Below are positions 1 through 12,600 of a stretch of DNA of 64,000 nucleotides, piece by piece. How positions within the stretch are numbered: the first letter of the stretch is position 1; each line of letters opens with the position of its first letter. This DNA is from Nemertoderma westbladi. Its lineage: Eukaryota; Animalia; Xenacoelomorpha. The stretch lies in NCBI GenBank assembly GCA_032718475.1, contig JAUCBJ010007863.1, positions 88,477 to 152,476 of the forward strand. Reading direction: 5' to 3'. The position numbers and the translations under genes are program-made. The notes beneath the pieces are model-generated. The model did no database searches and was not told the DNA's origin. It saw only the letters and a program-made list of their open reading frames with translations.

Positions 1-3000
1 ACTGTAGTTGACCGCACCCAACTCCTCCAGCCCCCCTACCTACCTCATCCATAGTGGTGTCTCTGAGACTGTAGTTAACCGCACCCAACTCCTCCAGCCC
101 CCCTACCTACCTCATCCATAGTGGTGTCTCTGAGACTGTAGTTGACCGCACCCAACTCCTCCAGCCCCCCTACCTACCTCATCCATAGTGGTGTCTCTGA
201 GACTGTAGTTAACCGCACCCAACTCCTCCAGCCCCCCTACCTACCTCATCCATAGTGGTGTCTCTGAGACTGTAGTTGACCGCACCCAACTCCTCCAGCC
301 CCCCTACCTACCTCATCCATAGTGGTGTCTCTGAGACTGTAGTTAACCGCACCCAACTCCTCCAGCCCCCCTACCTACCTCATCCATAGTGGTGTCTCTG
401 AGACTGTAGTTGACCGCACCCAACTCCTCCAGCTCCCCTACCTACCTCATCCATAGTGGTGTCTCTGAGACTGTAGTTAACCGCACCCAACTCCTCCAGC
501 CCCCCTACCTACCTCATCCATAGTGGTGTCTCTGAGACTGTAGTTAACCGCACCCAACTCCTCCAGCCCCCCTACCTACCTCATCCATAGTGGTGTCTCT
601 GAGACTGTAGTTAACCGCACCCAACTCCTCCAGCCCCCCTACCTACCTCATCCATAGTGGTGTCTCTGAGACTGTAGTTGACCGCACCCAACTCCTCCAG
701 CCCCCCTACCTACCTCATCCATAGTGGTGTCTCTGAGACTGTAGTTGACCGCACCCAACTCCTCCAGCCCCCCTACCTACCTCATCCATAGTGGTGTCTC
801 TGAGACTGTAGTTGACCGCACCCAACTCCTCCAGCCCCCCTACCTACCTCATCCATAGTGGTGTCTCTGAGACTGTAGTTGACCGCACCCAACTCCTCCA
901 GCCCCCCTACCTACCTCATCCATAGTGGTGTCTCTGAGACTGTAGTTAACCGCACCCAACTCCTCCAGCCCCCCTACCTACCTCATCCATAGTGGTGTCT
1001 CTGAGACTGTAGTTGACCGCACCCAACTCCTCCAGCCCCCCTACCTACCTCATCCATAGTGGTGTCTCTGAGACTGTAGTTGACCGCACCCAACTCCTCC
1101 AGCCCCCCTACCTACCTCATCCATAGTGGTGTCTCTGAGACTGTAGTTGACCGCACCCAACTCCTCCAGCCCCCCTACCTACCTCATCCATAGTGGTGTC
1201 TCTGAGACTGTAGTTGACCGCACCCAACTCCTCCAGCCCCCCTACCTACCTCATCCATAGTGGTGTCTCTGAGACTGTAGTTGACCGCACCCAACTCCTC
1301 CAGCCCCCCTACCTACCTCATCCATAGTGGTGTCTCTGAGACTGTAGTTAACCGCACCCAACTCCTCCAGCCCCCCTACCTACCTCATCCATAGTGGTGT
1401 CTCTGAGACTGTAGTTGACCGCACCCAACTCCTCCAGCCCCCCTACCTACCTCATCCATAGTGGTGTCTCTGAGACTGTAGTTGACCGCACCCAACTCCT
1501 CCAGCCCCCCTACCTACCTCATCCATAGTGGTGTCTCTGAGACTGTAGTTGACCGCACCCAACTCCTCCAGCCCCCCTACCTACCTCATCCATAGTGGTG
1601 TCTCTGAGACTGTAGTTGACCGCACCCAACTCCTCCAGCCCCCCTACCTACCTCATCCATAGTGGTGTCTCTGAGACTGTAGTTGACCGCACCCAACTCC
1701 TCCAGCCCCCCTACCTACCTCATCCATAGTGGTGTCTCTGAGACTGTAGTTGACCGCACCCAACTCCTCCAGCCCCCCTACCTACCTCATCCATAGTGGT
1801 GTCTCTGAGACTGTAGTTGACCGCACCCAACTCCTCCAGCCCCCCTACCTACCTCATCCATAGTGGTGTCTCTGAGACTGTAGTTGACCGCACCCAACTC
1901 CTCCAGCCCCCCTACCTACCTCATCCATAGTGGTGTCTCTGAGACTGTAGTTAACCGCACCCAACTCCTCCAGCCCCCCTACCTACCTCATCCATAGTGG
2001 TGTCTCTGAGACTGTAGTTGACCGCACCCAACTCCTCCAGCCCCCCTACCTACCTCATCCATAGTGGTGTCTCTGAGACTGTAGTTAACCGCACCCAACT
2101 CCTCCAGCCCCCCTACCTACCTCATCCATAGTGGTGTCTCTGAGACTGTAGTTGACCGCACCCAACTCCTCCAGCCCCCCTACCTACCTCATCCATAGTG
2201 GTGTCTCTGAGACTGTAGTTGACCGCACCCAACTCCTCCAGCCCCCCTACCTACCTCATCCATAGTGGTGTCTCTGAGACTGTAGTTAACCGCACCCAAC
2301 TCCTCCAGCCCCCCTACCTACCTCATCCATAGTGGTGTCTCTGAGACTGTAGTTAACCGCACCCAACTCCTCCAGCCCCCCTACCTACCTCATCCATAGT
2401 GGTGTCTCTGAGACTGTAGTTGACCGCACCCAACTCCTCCAGCCCCCCTACCTACCTCATCCATAGTGGTGTCTCTGAGACTGTAGTTGACCGCACCCAA
2501 CTCCTCCAGCCCCCCTACCTACCTCATCCATAGTGGTGTCTCTGAGACTGTAGTTGACCGCACCCAACTCCTCCAGCCCCCCTACCTACCTCATCCATAG
2601 CGGTGTCTCTGAGACTGTAGTTGACCGCACCCAACTCCTCCAGCCCCGCTACCTACCTCATCCATAGTGGTGTCTCTGAGACTGTAGTTAACCACACCCA
2701 ACTCCTCCAGCCCCCCTACCTACCTCATCCATAGTGGTGTCTCTGAGACTGTAGTTAACCACACCCAACTCCTCCAGCCCCCCTACCTACCTCATCCACA
2801 GTGGTGTCTCTGAGACTGTAGTTGACCGCACCCAACTCCTCCAGCCCCCCTACCTACCTCATCCATAGTGGTGTCTCTGAGACTGTAGTTAACCACACCC
2901 AACTCCTCCAGCCCCCCTACCTACCTCATCCATAGTGGTGTCTCTGAGACTGTAGTTAACCACACCCAACTCCTCCAGCCCCCCTACCTACCTCATCCAT

Positions 3001-3581
3001 AGTGGTGTCTCTGAGACTGTAGTTGACCGCACCCAACTCCTCCAGCTCCCCTACCTACCTCATCCATAGTGGTGTCTCTGAGACTGTAGTTAACCACACC
3101 CAACTCCTCCAGCCCCCCTACCTACCTCATCCATAGTGGTGTCTCTGAGACTGTAGTTAACCACACCCAACTCCTCCAGCCCCCCTACCTACCTCATCCA
3201 TAGTGGTGTCTCTGAGACTGTAGTTAACCACACCCAACTCCTCCAGCCCCCCTACCTACCTCATCCATAGTGGTGTCTCTGAGACTGTAGTTAACCACAC
3301 CCAACTCCTCCAGCCCCCCTACCTACCTCATCCATAGTGGTGTCTCTGAGACTGTAGTTGACCGCACCCAACTCCTCCAGCCCCCCTACCTACCTCATCC
3401 ATAGTGGTGTCTCTGAGACTGTAGTTGACCGCACCCAACTCCTCCAGCTCCCCTACCTACCTCATCCATAGTGGTGTCTCTGAGACTGTAGTTAACCACA
3501 CCCAACTCCTCCAGCCCCCCTACCTACCTCATCCATAGTGGTGTCTCTGAGACTGTAGTTAACCACACCCAACTCCTCCAG
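1..3581. repeat. 67-bp tandem array (~53 copies in window, continues past the left edge); unit = last 54 nt of an ABCA exon + first 13 nt of the intron
   Basis: Unit actgtagttgaccgcacccaactcctccagcccccctacctacctcatccatagtggtgtctctgag; on minus it reads CTG GAG GAG...ATG GAT GAG|GTAGGTAGGGGGG. Confidence 0.97.
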
Positions 3582-3691
3582 TCTCCCATCGATGTCGTTG
3601 ATCATTCGAATAAAGTTTGGGTCGCCGAGTTCAACAGTCGGGAAACTAAACTTTATTTCGGTGTCGCCATTCCGCGGCTCCGGTTTGGCTA
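3528..3691 (-). CDS. ABCA: ABCA exon (R1 region: [18 protein letters not shown]...[18 protein letters not shown])
   Basis: tttcag|TA acceptor, GAG|gtaggt donor; resembles ABCA1 'LSDLGISSYGISETTLEE'. Confidence 0.9.
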
Positions 3692-6600
3692 CTGAAACAC
3701 AAACGAAAAGAGAAACTATTTGAAATAATTCAAGCAAATTAATTGTAAACAACAAACAAACTATAAATTAAATATATACAAATCTCATAATAATAAATAA
3801 TATTGTATATTAGTCCAAAACATATGGAATTACAAATGTGCACTAACTATTATATTAAAATGACACTAAAATTGAGTATTATATAAATAAATAAATAAAA
3901 TGTAATTAACTAGTTTGTGTCAGGTTGGGCTCGGGTGAGGATCTCGAGGTATAGGGCACAGCGAAGACGATTAGTGAACTTGGGCAATGATGGGCAATTC
4001 GAGAAGTGGTCCTTTGATGCAGTTTCGTTGCTCTGCCAGCAGACACAGGATAGATAGATAGATTTATTTATACATTATGTAAAAACAATAACAAACACAC
4101 CAAACAATGTACCGGTATAAAAGTATTGACCCCTAAAGCTTTGCAGCTTATTTCCAAGGGGGTCCTTTATGTTACTTGGTTACAAATACAATATTACACT
4201 ACGCTAACCTACTACTACTACTAGGTCGAGCGAACTCGGACAGTGGAAATGGGATCCTTCCAGGTTTCCCGATTCTCCATAGTTCAAGTTGTCGCAATTT
4301 CGTTTCTCCCAAGTTCAGTATCCCTTTCAAGTTGATCTATATATGTTATGGCAGGTCGTCCACGACTGCGCTTTCCATGAGTTGGTTGCCAGAGAAGTAG
4401 ATCGGGTATGACCTCGTCTTTACTTCGCCAGCAGTGCCCACTGAATCGTAATCTGCGTTCACGGAGGGTGGTTGATACAGGTGGTATTGTACCATAAAGC
4501 TCGGCGTTTGTTATGTGTTGTCTCCAGCTGATGTTTAGGGCTGCCCTTAGTAGTCTTGTGTAGCAACCATCAATTCGTTGTTCAAGTTATTTAGTCAGTG
4601 TCCAGGTCTCACCCCCGTATAAAAATACACTTTCCACTGTGGCTCGAAAGAACTTAGTCTTCAGGTGCCTGGAGAGATCTGATTTCCTAAAACGCTAACC
4701 TAAAACCAATATAAAACGTAATTACACTATGTACATGTACAACTTTACCAAGAGCGTGACAATGTCCGACTCAACGATAAAGATGTAATGTACAGAACAA
4801 TTTATTATAAAACGTAATTATTACAGTATAAATAGTAAATAATTAATAAACTAATAACTTACTGTAGGACTATTGTACCTATTTTTACATTGCACACGGA
4901 GGTGAGATTTAACTGCAGATTTAAAAGAATGTTGATTATTTAGGTTTTTAATTTCATTAGGCAGAGCGTTCCAATTTTTAATACCGTTAAAAAAGAAAGT
5001 ATCAGATTCAAAGGATTTACAATTCGGGAGGTAGAAGTTTGAAGCACTAGCTCTGCTACTGTACGAGTGTGTATCGCGTAACAGGATTCCAAGGGCCTCC
5101 AACATTTGGCGGCAGTGCACAACTTACTGTAAGATGGTATCCGTTTGATACGAGTTGGCCGGCAGATCGTCGTCTTACACTAGTTAATTTTGAGAGAAAG
5201 ATTTCGCTGCTGTTAGGGTCATCAATAGTAGCTAATATGGAGCTAGATGATGCTGATACCGCACGAGAGCTTCCAGAAGAAAGCTCTGGTACGGTACAAA
5301 TCTCATAATGGAAACTATCCGAGAAATAATATTAATGTGGCACTAATATCAACACCAAATAAGTACGTACGTATCAAGTATAGAGGAATATAACATCTAT
5401 TTATTTTGGCAAATTAAGGGTATTTATATATTTTGGGGGTTTTTCAGTTATTTTGGTATGGATTATTGGACTTATAATTTGGTGCCAAATATTTTTTTGG
5501 CTTGACTTGTAAATGGCTGGATAGCCAGACTTCCATTTCACCTGAACTTTAATTGCGATCAACACACCTGGTATATAGGAATGTACCAGCATCGTAAGCA
5601 GCTGATGTGCAGCGCCCCCTGACGGTAGGACGTTAAATGTAAGTCTGTAACCGCTACCGAATTTGTGTTTGAGGAACAAAGAGGACCCGACAGTAACTAG
5701 GCGACCGCGGTCCAAAACTGCAATCCGGTCTCCAATAGCGTCGGCCTCCTCCATGTAGTGGGTCGAGAGAAGGATAGTTCGACCCTATAAAGTAAAATAG
5801 TTCGACCCTATAAAGTAAAATAGTTCGTCCCTATAAAGTAAAATAGTTCGTCCCTATAAAGTAAAATAGTTCGTCCCTATAAAGTAAAATAGTTCGTCCC
5901 TATAAAGTAAAATAGTTCGTCCCTATAAAGTGAAATAGTTCGTCCCTATAAAGTAAAATAGTTCGTCCCTATAAAGTAAAATAGTTCGTCCCTACAAAGT
6001 AAAATAGTTTATCCCTATAAAGTAAAATAGTTCGTCCCTATAAAGTAAAATAGTTCGTCCCTATAAAGTAAAATAGTTCGTCCCTATAAAGTAAAATAGT
6101 TCGTCCCTATAAAGTAAAATAGTTCGTCCCTATAAAGTAAAATAGTTCGTCCCTATAAAGTAAAATAGTTCGTCCCTATAAAGTGAAATAGTTCGTCCCT
6201 ATAAAGTAAAATAGTTCGTCCCTATAAAGTAAAATAGTTCGTCCCTACAAAGTAAAATAGTTTATCCCTATAAAGTAAAATAGTTCGTCCCTATAAAGTA
6301 AAATAGTTCGTCCCTTTAAAGTAAATTAGTTCGTCCCTATAAAGTGAAATAGTTCGTCCCTATAAAGTAAAATAGTTCGTCCCTATAAAGTAAAATAGTT
6401 CGTCCCTTTAAAGTAAATTAGTTCGTCCCTATAACGTGAAATAGTTCGTCCCTATAAAGTAAAATAGTTCGTCCCTATAAAGTAAAATAGTTCGTCCCTT
6501 TAAAGCAAAATAGTTCGTCCCTATAAAGTGAAATAGTTCGTCCCTATAAAGTAAAATAGTTCGTCCCTATAAAGTAAAATAGTTCGTCCCTATAAAGTAA

Positions 6601-9600
6601 AATAGTTCGTCCCTATAAAGTAAAATAGTTCGTCCCTATAAAGTAAAATAGTTCGTCCCTTTAAAGTAAATTAGTTCGTCCCTATAAAGTGAAATAGTTC
6701 GTCCCTATAAAGTAAAATAGTTCGTCCCTATAAAGTAAAATAGTTCGTCCCTTTAAAGCAAAATAGTTTATCCCTATAAAGTAAAATAGTTCGTCCCTAT
6801 AAAGTAAAATAGTTCGTCCCTTTAAAGTAAATTAGTTCGTCCCTATAAAGTGAAATAGTTCGTCCCTATAAAGTAAAATAGTTCGTCCCTATAAAGTAAA
6901 ATAATTCGTCCCTTTAAAGTAAAATAGTTCGTCCCTAAAAAAGTAAAATAGTTTGCCCCTATAAAGTAAAATAAATCGTCCCTTTAAAGTAAAAGAGTTC
7001 GTCCCTTTAAAGTAAAATAGTTCGTCCCTTTAAAGTAAAATAGTTCGTCCCTTTAAAGTAAAATAGTTTGCCCTTATAAAGTAAAATAGTTCGTCCCTTT
7101 AAAGTAAAATAGTTTGTCCCTATAAAGAAAAATAGTTCATCCCTTTAAAGTAAAATAGTTCGTCCCTTTAAAGTAAAATTGTGACGGGATCCGAGAATCC
7201 CGGTTTATCCGGTGTTGGTTATGTACGCATCCCCGCCGTGTGAGTGAAAAGGAGTTTGTTATTCTTCCAATGTTATTGATAATATAAAATGTGGTATACA
7301 ATAGCAGCAAGTAGATATAATAACAGATAGCAATTGCAGAAACGGTAATATACTAGTAATATGGTGACGGCGGTGACGGTCTTAAACTGTCACCGTACTG
7401 CCATGACTGTACTGAGATAACTGGATAATAAACTAAACATCAACCGGTAATATACTCTAGGTTGGCCGTATTACTCAGCTGATGCCCTGCTGTCCCCCCA
7501 TTGGCTAATAACTCACTTCTCACCCTCCCATCTCCCTGGGAGTGCTTACCCCTGCTGTCACTCTCTCCCTCCCGGAGGTGTAACCTCTGACCCCCGCTGT
7601 GTGTGTGTTCCCTTGGGGCCTGTTGTCCCCGTTTATTGCTTAAAGCCAACTTTGTGTGGGGTGGTTAGCGGAATTGAATACGCTAACACTCCCCCCCATG
7701 ATATCTTCCCGGTGAGAAGATAGCATCCACCTTTAGTGCGCTACAATTCCGCTGGATCCCGATCTACTATCAGGTGTGGGGTGGAATTATTTTCTTCGGA
7801 GCCGGCTTTCCAGGCCGCTCCCTATGGGTATGATATCGCTACCCCGCCTTGGTACAACTTTACCTATCTTGCACCAAGACATCTGGCGTCCCGTGTAGGG
7901 CCGATTGTGGACTCTCACACAATTTTTGTTTCCCCAACACTCTCACCACTCTAACTCCGCTCTAACTCCGCTCTTACTCTCTCCCCACACCTGAATCGCA
8001 CTCGCCTGCACTCTCTCTCGCCAGCAGCTCCTCTCCATACTCCTCTCTACTCTCTACCACTCCCTAAGGCCCTAATCTCTAATGCTACCCCTGTGCTATC
8101 ATACTATCTAACTCTCTAACTTACTAACTACCTACTATCTTCTACCTACTATCTAACTCTCTTACTAACTCTACTAGCTCTAACTAGAACTCGAACTAAA
8201 AAACTCTCTAACTCTCTACTAACTCTAACTCTACTAACTCTCTGACTCCTCTAAGTCTACTCCGCCTACTACTTTCTACGTGGCACTTTCGGTGCCCAAG
8301 ACCACGCTACTACTACTTCCGTCTACATGGCGCTTGCGGTGCCCACAACCCCACTCTACTACTCGTGGCATGTCAATATGCCACACTCCCTATACCGCCG
8401 CCGACTTCTAACCTAACCCGGTACTACGTACCCTCTACTCCCGTGGTATGTCTATACCACACTCCCTATACCCGCCGCCTTCTAACCTAACTAACTTCTA
8501 CCTAACTTTCTAACTAACTTTCTGACTACTACTTACTGTCTTCTATTAACTACTATCTAACAATCTGACTACTAACTTCTTACTATCTTCTACTAACTTT
8601 CTTATTTAATTATTTTATTATTTAAATAATTATTTGTACGTGGGAAGGGCGTCTCGCCCTCATTCCCACCCCCCTCAGTCCAAAACATTGGACGACTAAA
8701 CTCTTAAGGTGCCCCTTCTTCCAGTAGGCACTCTCCCACTGCCCTCCTATACGTCCTCTTACTCTTCGCCACACTTTCTTCGCCAATTCCAACTGACCAG
8801 GAATTGGTTCTCCCTCTTCCGCCACCCTAAAATCGGGTCTCTCCGCCGCCTTCTTAACTTCCTCGTCTCTTGGCATCAAAATGCCACCTCCCACCTTGTT
8901 GTCTCCCGGCGGCAGAATGAAAAGAAAGTGAAAGAACAGACAAAACAGAACGTACAATAGTAGTCCTATCCCTTTCAATCCTGTCTTCCTTCTCGACTTC
9001 CCCCTTGTCGGTATGCCTCTCAACCGGACCGGCGTCTCTTCCGGACACTCCTCTGGACACTCCTCTGGACACTCCTCCAGACTATTGTCCTTCTGACACT
9101 CCACCGGACACTCCTCCGGTTTGTCCTCCGGACATCTCTCCGTCCACTCCTCTCCGTCCCCATACCGATACTTGCTGGGAAATCCATTCTCCCCCGCCAA
9201 CTCTCCTACTGGCACCTCCCTGCCTGGCTTATCTACTATCTCCGGCTTCTTCTCTTCGTCCTCTGAGTCTAAGGTGCCTGGTAGCATGCACCCTGATGTC
9301 TCCGTCACCCTGGATGGAATATTGGTTTTAACTGGGCCGCTAAGCATCCATCCGAACGGCGTGAGGATCGCCGTTGGATCCCGCTGCCTGTCTTCGCCGA
9401 AGACCGTCTGTGTTCTCTCGTGGGCCGTCGGGCAGTCCATTCCTACTATAATGGATACCTTCCTAACGTCCACCTTTGGTATTGAGAAATCGATACCGTC
9501 CAGGAATCTATATTGTTCGACCTCAATGTTGGTTGGTTGCCTGGCGTTGATATTTATCGATTCTATCACCTGGATGGGGTCGATGGTCGCCCCATAGTCG

Positions 9601-12600
9601 CATCCTGGTGCAATCGCTGATATCCTGCACCACCCCGTCCTCATCTCCAGGACCTCATCCTTACTTGAGACGGTAGTTACCGCCATTCTATTTGGCCTCG
9701 TCTTTATCCCTATCTCTTCGGCCACCCAGTTCTCCACCAGCGTGAAGGCTGCTCCGCTGTCGACCAGCATTAATGTCGTTACTGATCGACCGCCCTCTCC
9801 TGATATCTTCACAGGTACTACCCCGAGTAGTACTTTTCTCTTCTTTCTTGCCACTGTCGTGCTTGTAGCCATTGTTTGGCCTCCAGTCTCGAACTCTTTA
9901 ACTGCTGTTTCTCTACACTCTCTGGATCTGTGTCCTTCTACCACACATCGATGACAGTCCGTTTGCGTCTGTGTAGGCTACACGGTCTTCTTTGGGCAAC
10001 GCTTGCCAGTATTTACAACTCATGGTCTTATGGGTTCCATCCCGATGTAATTGGCATTCAAATCCTGGATTGTAGCATTCCCTGTATAGTCCCTCACGTA
10101 TTGTGCGTAGGTTTACATCTACCGATTTAGTGTTTTGGTTATCTAGACTCGGCCTACTGGGTATGTTGGGATTGTGTTTATTTGTGGTGTTATTTTCTTT
10201 CTGTCCCTGTCACGGTGTGGCCCTACTCCCAGCTAACTGTGGGCTTGTAGCCCTCTGTGTGGCCGCGTGTGGTAGTGACTGTCTTACTCTCGGGAATGGA
10301 TCTGCAGGATTGTGTTCGGGTTTAGGCCTGTTGTACTCGATCTTTGGTGCCTTCCCCAAACTATCCTCACTATAGACTGGGTCTGTGATCAACTCGGCTT
10401 CGTAGTTGAGGAAGTTTGACATTTCCTCTAGGCCCGGTTCCGCACCCTTCTTCTCTCAAGTGGAGAAAGCGATTTTCCTCCACTTACTGCGCAGCCAGAT
10501 CGGCAGTGCCTGCGCTATCGTGGTGATGTTATTAGATGCGTTGAGTTCTTACGGCGCGTCTAGCGTCTTCAACACGATTAACGCCTTCTCGACCTTGTTC
10601 GCAAAGGTCGTTATGCTAACGGGGTTGTCCTGTAGGCCACCCGATGTTATACCTCTCAGGGTTTGCCGGATGATCTTGGCTGGGTGTCCGTATTCCCTGT
10701 CTAGCGCCCGCCATGCTGTCGTGAAGCCACCCTCGATGCCCTGGTACTGCCTCACGATGTCGTATGCTGGGCCTCCTGTATACACTTGTAGATATTTTAG
10801 GCACTCCACCTGCGTCAAGTTCTTACTTAGTATCTCGTTGCTGTACATGCGCCGAAATTGCAGGTATTCTTCCGGCCTACTCCCATCGAATTTAAACGGT
10901 TCCACGGGTTGTAACTCGATCCTGGTTTTAAATGAATCGATTAACGTGGCCATTCCCATCTCTTGCGCTTCCAATGGGTTCGATGGATGCTGTATAGATT
11001 CTCCCGTTGGGTGCGGTCCGCCCGTCCTATCTGTTGATTTTATTTGAGTTGGATACATCATTGGGGGTAACCAATGAACCAATGAACCAATGGACCATGT
11101 GTTTATTCGACAAAATCGAGGAAGGTGTACTTTTATATGGCGAAACACATGACATAATTGTAGTAGGTGACTTGAACTCCAGGACGGGGACGGAGCTAGA
11201 TTATATCGACAGCGACGATTTCACTGGAAATAGTTTCTTTGACAATTTACTACCTCCAGATTATATTTATGACTCTGACGATATATGGGGAGGTGTGCAG
11301 AAAATTAGAAACAACTGTGATAAAGTGGTTAACCAATATGGGAGAAGACTATTGCAATTGTGCCGGTCGACTGGTCTTAAGATAATGAATGGACGGGTGG
11401 GTGAAGACGCTACCCAAGGACAATGCACATACTACTCAGTATCAGGAGCAACAGGATTGGGTAAATCAAATATTGACCTTATGCTAGTTGATACTAAATT
11501 ATTATGCAACACTGTGGCTTTCAAGGTTCATGTTGACAGTATGATACCTACAAAACACTGCATGGTAAGCGCAACATTAGCCTGGAAAGCTACAATAAGA
11601 GAATGTAATGCCACCCAGGGAAATAGTGACAAAAAACATACAAATGACTATAGTACACGGTTCTCATGGAAACAGACAAAAAGTAGTCAGTTCGTGGATC
11701 TACTTGGTTCTGACGAATTCAAAGCCAGCGCAAACAGTCTCTTAGACGACCTCGGAAGTGGCAGTTACACGCAGGAATCTGTCGAAGAAGCAGCCAAGAA
11801 GTTAACAGACTGTATACAGACTGTAGCGGGACAGTTATTTAAAGTGGGGACAAATAACACATGTAAGAGTAGGGATAGTACTAACGACAATAATGAGTGC
11901 CTGTGGTTTAATGACGAATGCTTAGAAAAGCGAACGGCATTTAGGAATGCACTCAATAAGTGGAAGTCTGATCGGACAGTGGCGTCAAAAATCGTTGTAT
12001 CCCACACCCGTAGTATGTATTGTAAGACACTGAGACGAGCACGGGCAAATTACAGACGTGACCAGTCACGAAATTTGGAACAGTTAAGTTTGGAGGTAAA
12101 TGAGACAAGGAAATTTTGGACTCTACTGAAAAATTCAACCGGTAACAAAAATAAATCACAACAATCTAAATTATCTCTTGATGACTTCGAAGAACATTTT
12201 AGGAACCTATGTTCTGGAACACCAGAATTTTCGGACATGGGAGTAGATCCACATGTTGACATAGACGTTAATAACAGTAAAAATTTAATGGAAAAGGAAC
12301 TGTCTCAGCCCTTTACGGAGGATGAAGTAAATATTGCTATTGACAAACTTAAAAGACACAAAGCCCCGGGAATGGATATGCTACTAAATGAGTTCTTCAT
12401 TGAAGGTAAAGCAGCCCTTACTCCACTAATAACCCCTTTGTTCAATGCTGTGCTCTATTCTGGTAACTTCCCAAGAGCCTGGGCTGCGGCTCTGGTAACG
12501 CCAATCTATAAGAATAAAGGTAGTAAGGATGACGCGGGAAACTACAGAGGGATATCTTTGTTAAGTTGCTTAGGAAAACTATTCACCTCAATTCTAAACT

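Larger units (their letters stand above)
3883..5540 (-). mobile_element. Old, degenerate LINE 3' fragment that hosts two further nested LINE fragments (outer boundaries approximate)
   Basis: Removing 4052-5080 rejoins a minus frame '[21 protein letters not shown]' that resembles a LINE C-terminal Cys/His motif; (TTTA)n tail near 3883-3900. Confidence 0.4.

Noticed and set aside
5124-5314. Possible extra ABCA exon (ag...gtaagt on minus)
   Set aside because: The only open frame is phase-incompatible; the flanking exons join directly in frame and match ABCA; the region is better explained as LINE remnant.
5540-5567. Alternative donor CAG|GTGAAA at 5541
   Set aside because: Phase 0 does not fit the phase-1 acceptor at 3691; the donor at 5567 does.
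11007-11071. N-terminus of the 1079-aa ORF as listed in the ORF track
   Set aside because: It lies upstream of the TSD in antisense gag sequence; chance read-through, not part of the LINE.
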